Source of the DNA: an uncultured Alphaproteobacteria bacterium
GTDB taxonomy: Bacteria; Pseudomonadota; Alphaproteobacteria; Rhizobiales; Amorphaceae
Reading direction: 5' to 3'
DNA length: 64,000 nt
Assembly: GCA_963771975.1 (NCBI GenBank)
Contig: CAVYVL010000005.1
Span: 156,666-220,665 of the forward strand
In this document: positions 54,261 through 64,000 of the stretch, in pieces
Layout of the letters: the number at the start of each line of letters is the position of its first letter
Numbering within the stretch: the stretch's first letter is position 1
Translations under genes and position numbers: made by a program
Notes under the pieces: generated by a model
What the model saw: the letters and a program-made list of their open reading frames with translations, nothing else
What the model was told of the DNA's origin: nothing
Database searches by the model: none

Positions 54261-54489
54261 GGCGGAACTCTGGACTCGCGTTTGTGTCAAGCGGCCGCCC
54301 CCTGTCGGACACATCGGGGTACGCCGGATCGCCGACGTAGCAACTTGGGATTAAGACCCAACGCTTGCTGGAGCCTTAACGAATTGCAGACGCGATCGGA
54401 AGAGCCGTTATGCTACGAAGGCTCACTGTGACGCATAAAGCACAGTTTTTCGCATTCGGTGGCCGCCGGTGCATGGCAGCCTGTGAATT

Positions 54490-56107
54490 TTACAGCCCCA
54501 ACTTGCGCTGCGTTCGCGAATCGAAGCCGTACACGTCGTCCAGCCGCACCACGTTGCCGCTCTCGGTCACTTCGCGTGTGAAATAGGCGAGGTGGACGGG
54601 AATGTGCGTCTCGGTGTTGAGCCAGCGCTCGTTGCCGCCGACCATGCGCTGCACGCCGCGGCCGGAGAGGTTCGGCTCGCGCGCCAGCAGCGCCTCGGCA
54701 AACTCGAACGGGTTCTGCACGCGGACGCACCCGTGGCTGAACGCGCGCCGGGTCCGGCTGAACAGGCTCTTGGACGGCGTGTCGTGCAGGTACACGGCGT
54801 GCGTGTTGGGGAAGAGGAATTTCACCGACCCCAACGCATTGCCCCGGCCCGGCCGCTCGCGGATGCGCACGCGGCGGAGGGTCGCCTCGTTCCACGTGAC
54901 CGACGCCGGGTTCACCACGCGGCCGTTGAAGACGACCTCGTAGTTGCGGCGCGCCATGTAGCCGGACGGGTTGGACTTCAGCGCCCCCAGCATCTCGTTC
55001 TTGGCGATCGAGTAGGGAACGTTCCAGTAGGGATTGACGACGACGTGCTCGATCTCGTCCGAGAAGATGGGCGTCGGATTGGAGGGCGAGCCGACGACGA
55101 CGCGGCCGGTGTAGGTCAGCCTGTCCTGCGTCCACCACCTGCACCTGGTACGCCGGCACGTTGACGTAGACGTGGTGCAGCCCGAGCCAGCGCGGCATCC
55201 AGCGCCAGCGCTCCATGTTGGATATCAACGTCTCGGCGCGCTCGGCCTCCAGGCCGCCGTCCAGCACGGCGAGGGTGCGGGGGCCGACGATCCCGTCGGC
55301 GCCGAGCCCATTCTCGCGCTGCCAGGTCGCGACGGCCTTCGCCAGCGCCGCGTCGAACACCTGCGGGTCGTCGCCGCGACGCACCGTGGCGCCGACCCGC
55401 TTGCGCAGGATCGCGACGCGCGGATCGACGGAGCCGAGCTTCAGGTTGGGCCCGTCGCCGATGGCGGGCGGCTGCTCGACGTTGGTGTCGAGCACCGTCC
55501 GCAGCACCTGGCGCAGCCGCTGATACTGCGCGTGCTGCGGGTGCACGCTCTCCAGCGTCTTCTCGATGTCTTCGGCGCGGCCGAGGCGGACGAGGAAGCG
55601 CAGCTCCTTGAGTTGCGGCGGGTCCATCGTGATGATGCGGGACACGTCCGCCGGCTTGATGCGCCCGGAGTGGGCGTGGCGGGCGTAGCGAAGGGCCGCC
55701 TCGGTCAGCGCGACATCCTCGCGGGCGCGCTCGGCGACGCTGTCCCCGAACCGGGGCACCGTGTAGGCGGCCGGGTCGAGGCCGTCATATGCCGCTTCGG
55801 CGAGGCGGGCGCGCAAGGTGGCGGCGCGCTCGGCGGTCCACATCGGGGCGTAGTCGCGCATCTCGTAGTACTGCGCGACGGCGATCCACACGTCGGTCGA
55901 GACTTCGCGCGCGATCGCGGTCTCGATCGAGGCGGGCGCTTCCATGGCCTCGAACGTCTCGCCCCGGGGCGCGATGCTGGCGGCGGGGGTCGTATCGGAC
56001 TTCGGGGAGAGGCGCGGCAGCGGCACCTCGGCGGCTGCGGCCGCTGGCAGAGCGAGCGCAAGAGCCGCGACCGTCGCCAGTCGCCAGGATCGTGCCATAG
56101 AAGTCAT
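54490..56107 (-). CDS. L,D-transpeptidase (YcbB/LdtD-like) with peptidoglycan-binding domain (frameshift near 55125)
   Basis: WQRENGLGADGIVGPRT, NMERWRWMP, VNVPAY, PGRGNALGSVKFLFPN..VYLHDTP and SHGCVRV (catalytic His/Cys). Confidence 0.9.
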
Positions 56108-56218
56108 TGCGGGTGCCGCCCTTTCACACTCAAACCAAGGGGCCATCTGAGGGAATATGAGATAGCATCGCGCTCCGCCCCGAAGAGCGTCCTCACGATC
56201 CGTTGAAGGCTCCCATTG

Positions 56219-58083
56219 ATGAGTTTCACTGCCACCCACGCAATTTTGCCACACGAGACCGCCGACCGCGCCAGCGGGGCCACCCCCATCGAGGGCCTGC
56301 CCGAATGGAACCTCGGCGACTTCTACGCGGGCCCCGATGATCCGGCCCTCGCCGCGGACCTCCGCAGCCTTGCCGAGGACGCCAAGAGCTTCGAGGCCGC
56401 GTACAAGGGAACGCTCGCGGACAGCCTCGCCAAGCCGGACGGCGGCGCGACGCTGGCGGCGGCGCTGAAGGCTTATGAGGCGCTGGAAGACCGCGCCGGC
56501 CGGATCGGCTCCTACGCCGGCCTGCTCTATGCGACCGACACGACCAATCCGTCCTACGCCAAGAACTACGGCGACATCTCCGACAAGCTGACCAGCCTCG
56601 CCAGCCATCTCCTCTTCTTCGGGCTGGAGCTGAACCGGATCGACGATGCGGTGATGCAGACGGCGCTCCAGGACCCGGCCGCGGCGCATTATGCCCCCTT
56701 CATCGAGGACCTGCGAAAGGAGCGCCCGCACCAGCTGTCCGACGACCTGGAGCGGCTCTTCCTGGACAAGTCGACCTCCTCGCGCACCGCGTGGACGCGC
56801 CTGTTCGACGACACCATCGCCAGCCTGCGCGTGTCACTGGATGGCGGCGACGAGAAGGTGACGCTGGAGGAAGCGCTCAACAAGCTGCTCGACCCCTCCG
56901 AGGCCACCCGCAAGGCCGCCTCGGAGGGGATAGGGGCGGCGCTGAAGAGCGAGGAGCGCACCTTCACGCTCATCACCAATACGCTCGCCAAGGACAAGGA
57001 AGTCTCCGACCGCTGGCGCGGGTTCGAGGATGTGGCCGCGTCGCGGCACCTCGCCAACCGGGTCGAGACCGAGGTGGTCGACGCGCTGGTGTCGGCCGTG
57101 ACCGAGAGCTATCCGCGCCTGTCGCACCGCTACTATGCGATGAAGGCCAAGTGGTTCGGCAAGGACATGCTGGACACCTGGGACCGCAACGCGCCGCTCC
57201 CGGAGGCTGACGACCGCACGATCTCCTGGGCCGATGCGCAGAAGACGGTGATGACCTCGTTCGGCGGCTTCGACCCTAAGCTCGCCGAGCTCGCAGGCCG
57301 CTTCTTCGACAATCCGTGGATCGACGCGCCGGTGCGCCCCGGCAAGGCGCCGGGCGCCTTCTCGCACCCGACAGTCCCCTCGGCACACCCTTACGTGCTC
57401 CTCAACTACCAGGGCCGCTCGCGCGACGTGATGACGCTCGCCCATGAGCTCGGCCACGGCGTGCACCAGATCCTCGCCGGGCCCAACGGCGCGCTGATGG
57501 CGCCGACGCCGCTGACCTTGGCGGAGACCGCTTCGGTGTTCGGTGAGATGCTGACGTTCCGCCAGCTCCTGGCCGAAGCGCCGGACGCCAAGACGCGCCG
57601 CGTAATGCTCGCCTCCAAGGTGGAGGACATGATCAACACCGTGGTGCGGCAGATCGCGTTCTACACCTTCGAGCGTCACGTCCACATCGCCCGGCGCGAA
57701 GGCGAGCTGACGGCAGAGCGCCTCGGCGAGATCTGGACGCAGGTGTCGCGCGAGTTCGCTCGGCCCGTCGGTCCGGCTGCAGGACGGCTATGACGTGTTC
57801 TGGTCCTACATCCCGCACTTCATCAACTCGCCGTTCTACGTCTACGCCTATGCCTTCGGCGATTGCATGGTGAACTCGCTCTACGGCGTCTACGAGCGCG
57901 AACCGGCGGGCTTCCAGGAGAAGTACTTCGCGCTGCTCTCGGCGGGCGGCACGAAGCACCACTCCGAGTTGCTCGCACCCTTCGGCCTCGACGCCCGCGA
58001 TCCGGCCTTCTGGCAGACGGGCCTCGGCGTGATCGAAGGGCTGATCGACGAGCTTGGCCGCCGCGGACCGCGCGGCCGGCTGA
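56219..58083 (+). CDS. pepF: M3 family oligoendopeptidase F (frameshifts near 57755 and 58055)
   Basis: LPEWNL, GKAPGAF, HPYVLLNY, TLAHELGHGVH (HExxH), LAETAS.FGE and WSYIPHF...PFYVYAYAFG. Confidence 0.92.
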
Positions 58084-58089
58084 CCGCCG

Positions 58090-58971
58090 ATGGCCGAGCC
58101 CGCCGCACCGGGGCCCCGCCCGCGCCACGCTCCGTGGGCGGACGGCAAGAAGCCGTTCTCGATCGCAATGTCGCCCATCGCGCTCGAGGATTGGATCGAG
58201 GTTGACGACCGCCGCGTCGCCGACCTCACCCAGAAGGCCGCGGTTCTGGCGAGCGAACCGCACGCGGTGCGCATCCGCCCGGGCTGCGAGGCGTCGCAGA
58301 TCGAGACGCGCGACCTGATCGCCGCCGCACTGGCGCAGCAGGGGCACGACCTCGCCCCCGTCCCGCCGCCGCTGCGCTTGGCGGATGGTCGTGCCTTCGC
58401 CGATGCCCCGCCGCTCGCGACGGCGGCGATGATGGTGCCCGACGACCTCGTCCTGATGCGCCGCGGCGAGACGGCCTGGTCGCTCGTGGCGGGGGTGGTG
58501 GCGTTCCCCTCCGCGTGGGAGCTGCCGCAGAAGTTCGACCGGCCGATGGATGAGATCCACCGCTCCGTGCCCGGCTGGGCCGGACCGATGGCGGCGCGCG
58601 TCGCCCGCATCTTCGACAATCTCGCCGTCGACGCGCCGGTGTGGCGGCTCAACTGGTCGATCCAGTTCGGCGGCGGCCTGGCGCTAGCCGGCTCGAAGCA
58701 CGACAAGCCGGCGGCGCGCGCCATCGACGCGCCGCTGGTGCGCGTCGAGCGGCAGACTCTCCGCCGCCTCCACTCGGGCGATCTCCTCTTTACCATCAAA
58801 GTGATGGTCGACCCGGTCGAGGCCTTCGCCGGTCATCCGGACGGTGCGCATCTGGCCGCGAGCCTCGCGGGCCAGCTGGTCCAACTCAATACAGCGCAAC
58901 TGACGTACAAGGGGCTGACCGAGGTGCGCGACGACCTGGTGGCGCGGCTGGAGACCCTCGCGCGCCGCTGA
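58090..58971 (+). CDS. DUF3445 (heme-dependent oxidative N-demethylase alpha-like) protein
   Basis: DWIEVD, VPDDLVLM, FPSAW...KF..PM.EIH.SVP, WRLNWSI, RVERQTLRRL and YKGL. Confidence 0.87.
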   Translation: MAEPAAPGPRPRHAPWADGKKPFSIAMSPIALEDWIEVDDRRVADLTQKAAVLASEPHAVRIRPGCEASQIETRDLIAAALAQQGHDLAPVPPPLRLADGRAFADAPPLATAAMMVPDDLVLMRRGETAWSLVAGVVAFPSAWELPQKFDRPMDEIHRSVPGWAGPMAARVARIFDNLAVDAPVWRLNWSIQFGGGLALAGSKHDKPAARAIDAPLVRVERQTLRRLHSGDLLFTIKVMVDPVEAFAGHPDGAHLAASLAGQLVQLNTAQLTYKGLTEVRDDLVARLETLARR

Positions 58972-59014
58972 AGGCGCCGCCCTCCGCCGATAGGATACCC
59001 GGTGCCGGCGCGCC

Positions 59015-60463
59015 CTATCGCGGCGGAAGGCTGCATGGCGCAGCGATGGTGGCGCTGATCGTCACCGAGCGAGCGGCAAGGTTGCGCATCGGCGCGGCGA
59101 AGGTCAGCGCGTCGAGGGCGCAGAGGTCCTCGGGCGCGGCCACCGGGGCGCCCGGGCCCGGCTCCAGGGCGATCGACACCGTCGTCAGCGGGGCGTGCCG
59201 GTCGTGCGACACCCAGGCTTCGCGCCCCGCCCGGCGGAATGCCAGCATCATGTTGGCGGCAAGGTCCGGGCGCGAGGCCGAGACGGCGATCCGCCCCGGC
59301 GGGGTCTCGGCGAGGACTTCGCGCGCCAGCACATCGTACGGGTAGACAAAGCGGTGGTTGCCGAGTGCGGCCATGCCGGCGAGGCCGATCGGGATCGCCA
59401 GGAACACGGCGACCGCCACCTTGGTGATGAGCGCGGGTCGCCAGCGCACGAGGTGCAACGCGGCCACCACAGGCAGCGGCACCAGGACCGGCATCAACGC
59501 CTGCGCCTCGACGGTGGCGACGTCCGCGACCAGAACGCCAACGACGCTCAGCACCAGGGAGAGGGCCAAGGTGCGCCACAGCAGGCGCCGCACCGCGTCC
59601 GACTCGGGCGAGAGTTGCGGCCGGGTGCGGCCGAACGCGGCCACGAGCAGCGCCACCGCGCCGCCCGACGTGACCGCCGCCAGCGCCAGCGATGCCACGC
59701 CATCCAGCCCGATGCCCGGCACGTCGATCGGCGCGAAGCTGCCGTCGCGATAGAGCGACTCGATCTGCGCGCCCGAGGCCTCCAGTGCACTTGCCATTTC
59801 CACGAGTGCCGGGCCCGCCAGCACGGCGACCAGCAGCGGGATGAGGAACGTCCAAGTAGAAGCGAGACGCTCGAACCAGAAGCGGTCGGCGAGCATGGCC
59901 AGCCCCATCGGAAGCACCAGCACCCAGATTTCGGGCTTGGCGAGGGCGCCGGCGGCGAGGGACAGGCCGAGCACCAAACAGGCACTCCATCGCGGGCCGG
60001 TGGCCAGCCGCGCGACCCCGTTCACCACTCCCGCTGCGGCCGCCGTCACCAGCACCGAGTGGGTCAGCGTGTGCGCCGACACCCAGGAGAGCTGCGGCAT
60101 GAACGCCATCAGCGCGACGGCCAGGATGCCGGCGGTGACCCCCGCAACACGGCGGGCCGCATCGAACACCAGGAGGTAGATGGCCAGAAGCAGCGCGCCC
60201 TTCACCAGGCCGAGGGCAAGGCTCCAGCGGCCATCGGCGAGGTCGAGCGCGCCGCGGACGAGCCATGTGTAGAGGGGCGGCTGGCTGCTCGCGTAGACGA
60301 GCTTGAGGTCCACGGCACCCACGAACCGGGCCTCGTCGATCGTCAGGAACGGCGAGAGCCCGAGACGCAAGGCCGTGAGGAGAAGGATATAGAGGATGAT
60401 TGCGGCTGCTGCGCTCCAGGCACCGACGGGCGACGGGCAGCGAGCCGCGGCGGAATTGTCCAT
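59015..60463 (-). CDS. ArnT/PMT (GT39/GT83)-like membrane glycosyltransferase
   Basis: IDEA, Y.SQPPLYTWL, THSVL and GALAK motifs; many TM helices. Confidence 0.75.
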   Translation of the reverse strand: MDNSAAARCPSPVGAWSAAAAIILYILLLTALRLGLSPFLTIDEARFVGAVDLKLVYASSQPPLYTWLVRGALDLADGRWSLALGLVKGALLLAIYLLVFDAARRVAGVTAGILAVALMAFMPQLSWVSAHTLTHSVLVTAAAAGVVNGVARLATGPRWSACLVLGLSLAAGALAKPEIWVLVLPMGLAMLADRFWFERLASTWTFLIPLLVAVLAGPALVEMASALEASGAQIESLYRDGSFAPIDVPGIGLDGVASLALAAVTSGGAVALLVAAFGRTRPQLSPESDAVRRLLWRTLALSLVLSVVGVLVADVATVEAQALMPVLVPLPVVAALHLVRWRPALITKVAVAVFLAIPIGLAGMAALGNHRFVYPYDVLAREVLAETPPGRIAVSASRPDLAANMMLAFRRAGREAWVSHDRHAPLTTVSIALEPGPGAPVAAPEDLCALDALTFAAPMRNLAARSVTISATIAAPCSLPPR

Positions 60464-60646
60464 GTCGCGCTCCGGTCTGCTCGTGTCAAAGAGGGCTGGA
60501 GCGGCAACGTCAAGCCGGGGCGCGTCAATGCCGCTGTGTTGAGCGGGACGCCGCGAGGGGCGTGCGGGTGTCCCGGGGCCGGGGCGGAGCTGACCCGCGA
60601 CTCCGCGTCCTTTGACTGGCGGCGGGTTCGGTCGCACACTCGCCCG

Positions 60647-61303
60647 ATGATCAGGACAGCACACGTACTATTGGCACTTGCGTTTGCGATGTTCGCTCCG
60701 GCGTCCGCCAGCGCCCAGGAACAGCCGGACGGGCGCCTCCCGCCCACGTCCGGCGCCGTTTCGCAAAAGGGTGACCGCGCGGATCGGGCGGCAAGCGGCC
60801 CCTCGACTTCGGACGAACGGCGGCAGTCCCGGCTGGACCGAATGTTCGCCGAGCTCGCCGACGCCCAATCCAAGGATCGGGCGGACAGGATCGCCGGACA
60901 CATCATGCGCCGCATGACACGTTCGGGAAGCGACACGGTGGATCTGCTGATGAACCGTGCCGCCATCGCGATGCGGCGCAAGGACTATGGCCTCGCGCTC
61001 GATCTGCTGGACGGGGTGGTGAGACTGAAGCCCGAGTTCGCCGAGGGTTGGAACCGGCGCGCCACGGTGAACTTTCTCGCCGGCAACTACGGCCGGTCGA
61101 TCGCCGATATCGAGCAGACGCTCAAGCGCGAGCCTCGGCATTGGGGCGCGCTGGTGGGCTTCTCGGTGATCCTGGTGTCGATGGAGCAGAAGGCGAAGGC
61201 GGTGGAGGTGATGACGCGCGCGCTGGAGATCCATCCGTTCCTGGAAGACACGCGCGATCGCCGCGACCGGTTCAAGCTCGAGGTCGACGGCGTCGACACC
61301 TGA
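60647..61303 (+). CDS. Secreted TPR-repeat protein
   Basis: Signal peptide, then SGSDTVDLLM, P.FAEGWNRRAT and SIADIEQTL..EPRHWGAL. Confidence 0.85.
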   Translation: MIRTAHVLLALAFAMFAPASASAQEQPDGRLPPTSGAVSQKGDRADRAASGPSTSDERRQSRLDRMFAELADAQSKDRADRIAGHIMRRMTRSGSDTVDLLMNRAAIAMRRKDYGLALDLLDGVVRLKPEFAEGWNRRATVNFLAGNYGRSIADIEQTLKREPRHWGALVGFSVILVSMEQKAKAVEVMTRALEIHPFLEDTRDRRDRFKLEVDGVDT

Positions 61304-61393
61304 CGGGCGGTCAGGGGGAGGGCGCCTCGCCGACCGCGCTGGCCTCCGCGACGGGCGACGTCGCCATGGCGCGCGGGCGCGGAACCTTACGCA

Positions 61394-61440
61394 ACAAAAA
61401 GCCGGCCGCCCCCGAGAGACCCGGGGGCGGCCGGCTTTGT
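61394..61440. terminator. Intrinsic terminator of rpmJ (likely bidirectional)
   Basis: AAAAAGCCGGCCGCCCCCG-loop-CGGGGGCGGCCGGCTTT; U-tract on the minus strand. Confidence 0.8.
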
Positions 61441-61481
61441 CGTTTCCGAGGCCCGCCCGCGATCGGGGCGGGTCGGGCAGA

Positions 61482-61607
61482 TCAGCCCTGACGCGCCTTG
61501 TAGCGCGGGGCCTTCTTGTTGATGATGTAGACGCGTCCCTTGCGACGGACCAGCTTGTTGTTGCGGTCCCGCTGCATCAGCGCCTTCAGCGAGTTCTTGA
61601 TCTTCAT
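61482..61607 (-). CDS. rpmJ: 50S ribosomal protein L36, zinc-independent (type B)
   Basis: [41 protein letters not shown], 41 aa with no Cys. Confidence 0.96.
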   Translation of the reverse strand: MKIKNSLKALMQRDRNNKLVRRKGRVYIINKKAPRYKARQG

Positions 61608-61728
61608 GTCACGCTCCGGACTGAACCACGGCGCGGACACCCGCGCGGCTCCCAATTGCGGGAGCCGACGGAACGACCCACCGCCCAATAAAAATACGGC
61701 GCGGGATGGCCCGCGCCGACGTTGTTTC

Positions 61729-61758
61729 TATTAGGGATCGAAGGACGCTTCTGTCAAG
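61729..61758 (-). promoter_or_regulatory. Putative sigma70 promoter upstream of rpmJ
   Basis: Minus strand TTGACA-N17-CTAATA. Confidence 0.55.
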
Positions 61759-61823
61759 CGCCGCGTCATCGATCGTGCCACGACGCCCCGGTGCCGGGCG
61801 GCTGAAGCCGGCAGTCTACCGCA

Positions 61824-62112
61824 TCACGCGGACATTGCCAGCTTCACGCCCTCGCCGTTCTCGTCCTTCAGCGGCAGCTCGACGTCGACCTCCAGCAGCG
61901 AGACGTCGTCGCCCCGGTCCATCGAGACCCGCACCTTGTCGCGGTCGATGGTCATGTGCTTGGCGATCACCTGCGAGGATCTCCTCGCGCAGCGTGATGA
62001 GGATGTCCGAGGTCGAGGTTGCCGAACGCTCGTGGGCCAGGATGATCTGCAAGCGTTCGCGCGCCACCGGCGCCGACGTCTTCTTGCGTTTGAACCGCTC
62101 GATTATGCTCAT
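61824..62112 (-). CDS. minE: Cell division topological specificity factor MinE (frameshift near 61970)
   Basis: [17 protein letters not shown] and LREEILA, then VIAKHM.ID...LLEVDVELP in the shifted frame. Confidence 0.9.
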
Positions 62113-62925
62113 GCCGCCTTCCTCGCGAAGAATCTTGCCGAACAGGCCGCGACGTCGGTCGGGATCTCGATCTGCGACGTCCTCGCCCATGAGGCGGCGC
62201 GCCGCGTCGGTGTAGGCCTTCGCCGGGGTCGACGCCGGCGCACCCAGCGTCACCGGCATGCCGAGGTTGGAGGCCTTCAGCACCTCCTGGCTCTCCGGCA
62301 CCACGGCGAGCAGCGGGATCGAGAGGATCTCGAGGACGTCGTCGACCTTCAGCATCTCGCCGCGCTCGGCCCGGATCGGGTCGTAGCGGGTGAGGAGCAG
62401 GTACTTCTCCATCCGCTCGTTGTTCTCGGCCTTCATGGTCTTGGAATCGAGAAGGCCGATGATGCGGTCGGAGTCGCGAACGGAGGAGACTTCCGGGTTC
62501 GTGGTGACGATGGCGACGTCCGCGTGACGCATGGCGAGGGTCGCGCCGCGCTCGATACCGGCGGGCGAGTCGCACAGGATGTAGTCGAAGCGCTCGCGCA
62601 TTTCGCCGATGACGTTGGCGACGCCCTCCTCGGTGAGCGCATCCTTGTCACGCGTCTGCGAGGCCGGCAGGAGGAAGAGCGTGTCGACACGCTTGTCGCG
62701 GATCAGCGCCTGATTGAGCTTGGCGTCGCCGTTGATGACGTTGATGAGGTCGAACACCACGCGGCGCTCGGCACCCATCACGAGGTCGAGGTTCCGCAGG
62801 CCGACGTCGAAATCGACGATGGCGACGTTCTTGCCAGCTTTGGCGAGTGCGGCGCCGAGGGCCGCGGTCGACGTGGTTTTGCCGACGCCCCCCTTGCCCG
62901 ACGTTACGACCAGGACCTTCGACAT
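62109..62925 (-). CDS. minD: Septum site-determining ATPase MinD (C-terminal frameshifts near 62130-62175)
   Basis: [40 protein letters not shown] and [13 protein letters not shown]. Confidence 0.96.
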
Positions 62926-62942
62926 TGTGGTATCCCTTTCCA

Positions 62943-63822
62943 TCAGAACGCGGCCATCTTGAGCGCGTCGCCATCCAGCCACGCCTGGACGGCTCGACCG
63001 ACGCACTTGCGTGTCCAGATCGTCCGCGGTTTTGTAGAGACCGTTGATCGCGACCAACTCGGCATTGAGCTGGGTCGTGAAGATGCGTGCGGTGCGGTTG
63101 CCGGCAGAGCCGGCGATCGCCCGGCCGCGCAGGGCGCCGTAGATGTGGATGGATCCGGACGCCACCACCTCCGAGCCCGACGCGACCGGAGCCGATCACG
63201 ATGACGTCGCCGGTGAGATGGACGACGGACTGGCCCGAGCGCACCGGCTGGTCGATGATGAGCGTGTCGGCATCCGGTGCGTCGATCGCCTTCTCGACCG
63301 CCGCGAGGGCGGCCTCGGTCGACCGCCGTCGAGCGGCGGTCGTCGCCTGCGGTGGACGTCGCCGGTCTCCGTCGCGCGTCTGGCGCGGCGTCGCGCCTTC
63401 TGCGCTTCCGGCGCTCGGTTCCGCACGGCACTCTCGGCCGGCGTCGGCATCGGCGCTCGCTCTGGCACCGTTTCGGCCAACTGGGCGAGGCGCGGCGATG
63501 TCCTTGCCGCCGGTCAGGATCGGCGGCAGACCCGCGCGCGTCGGCGCCCAGCTCGCCCGGTGTGCGGCCGTCGAGCCCCATGATGACGATGTTCCGCCGC
63601 TTCAGCTCGGTCACCATGTGGACGAGTTCGGGCCGGCTCGCGCGGCATCTGCGAGATGTCGACCACCACCGGCCGTCCGGCGAAGAAGCCGGGCGATCGC
63701 TTCGCGAACTCTCGAAGTCCGCAGAGCCACTCCTCGATGGGAGGCACCGGTGTCAGCACGAACGCCATGAATGAGCGCCCGGTGAACCGAATCGATCGTT
63801 GTGGAGGTGTTGTTTGTTGCAC
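62943..63822 (-). CDS. minC: Septum site-determining protein MinC (several frameshifts)
   Basis: [31 protein letters not shown]...[23 protein letters not shown] and AELVAING. Confidence 0.88.
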
Positions 63823-63869
63823 GAACGTTAAACCCGGTTCCGCGTGACGAACAATCAATCTGAACGCGG

Positions 63870-63885
63870 TAAATGTTGGGTTAAC
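63870..63885. promoter_or_regulatory. Putative CtrA binding site upstream of minC
   Basis: TAAA-N7-TTAAC, one mismatch from TTAA-N7-TTAA, next to a GANTC (CcrM) site at 63890. CtrA control of minCDE is known in rhizobia and Brucella. Confidence 0.55.
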
Positions 63886-64000
63886 GGCTGATTCGGAGCG
63901 ACCCGTTACAGCGGTTTCCTGAGAGGCGTCCACAGATGATGTCTCGCCAGGAGCACCGAGGGTGCTTTGCGCAGCCCTGCGGCGGTCGCAGGTGCGATCC

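Noticed and set aside
61816-63168. Apparent MinC-MinD-MinE fusion ORF, and the PmtA-HslV fusion ORF at 14126-15556
   Set aside because: These are artefacts of indels and shared frames. Separate starts and overlapping ATGA junctions are visible.

Overview
This is a GC-rich chromosomal segment from an alphaproteobacterium of the Hyphomicrobiales (Rhizobiales). The gene content suggests an Acuticoccus/Amorphaceae-like organism, but that is an inference. Most of the window is core genome: trkH-metZ, a DUF475/TerC-related membrane protein, tenA, alkB, yceI plus a cytochrome b-YceI fusion, dnaK-dnaJ-pmtA, hslV/hslU, ffs (SRP RNA)-dnaX-ybaB-recR, a YnjC/D-like ABC transporter, divL-tsaE/amgK-murU-addB-addA-trxA-grpE-kpsS-like, pxpABC, pyk, gapR, an L,D-transpeptidase with a DUF882 peptidase, pepF, an ArnT-like glycosyltransferase, rpmJ and minCDE. 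Many essential genes carry single-base frameshifts, most simply explained as long-read indel errors, so I reconstructed gene models across them. I found no transposase, integrase, phage gene, CRISPR array, tRNA or rRNA, and no clear multi-gene novel system. The best candidates for something undescribed are: a tandem nhaA-I (Li+/Na+ riboswitch)-like leader upstream of DUF475; a ~250-bp highly structured element between the SH3 gene and recR; a secreted superoxide-reductase-like protein with Asp in place of the Cys ligand; a capsule kpsS-like gene starting at CTG and coupled to grpE under a likely RpoH promoter; and an orphan Arg-rich, methyltransferase-like protein.
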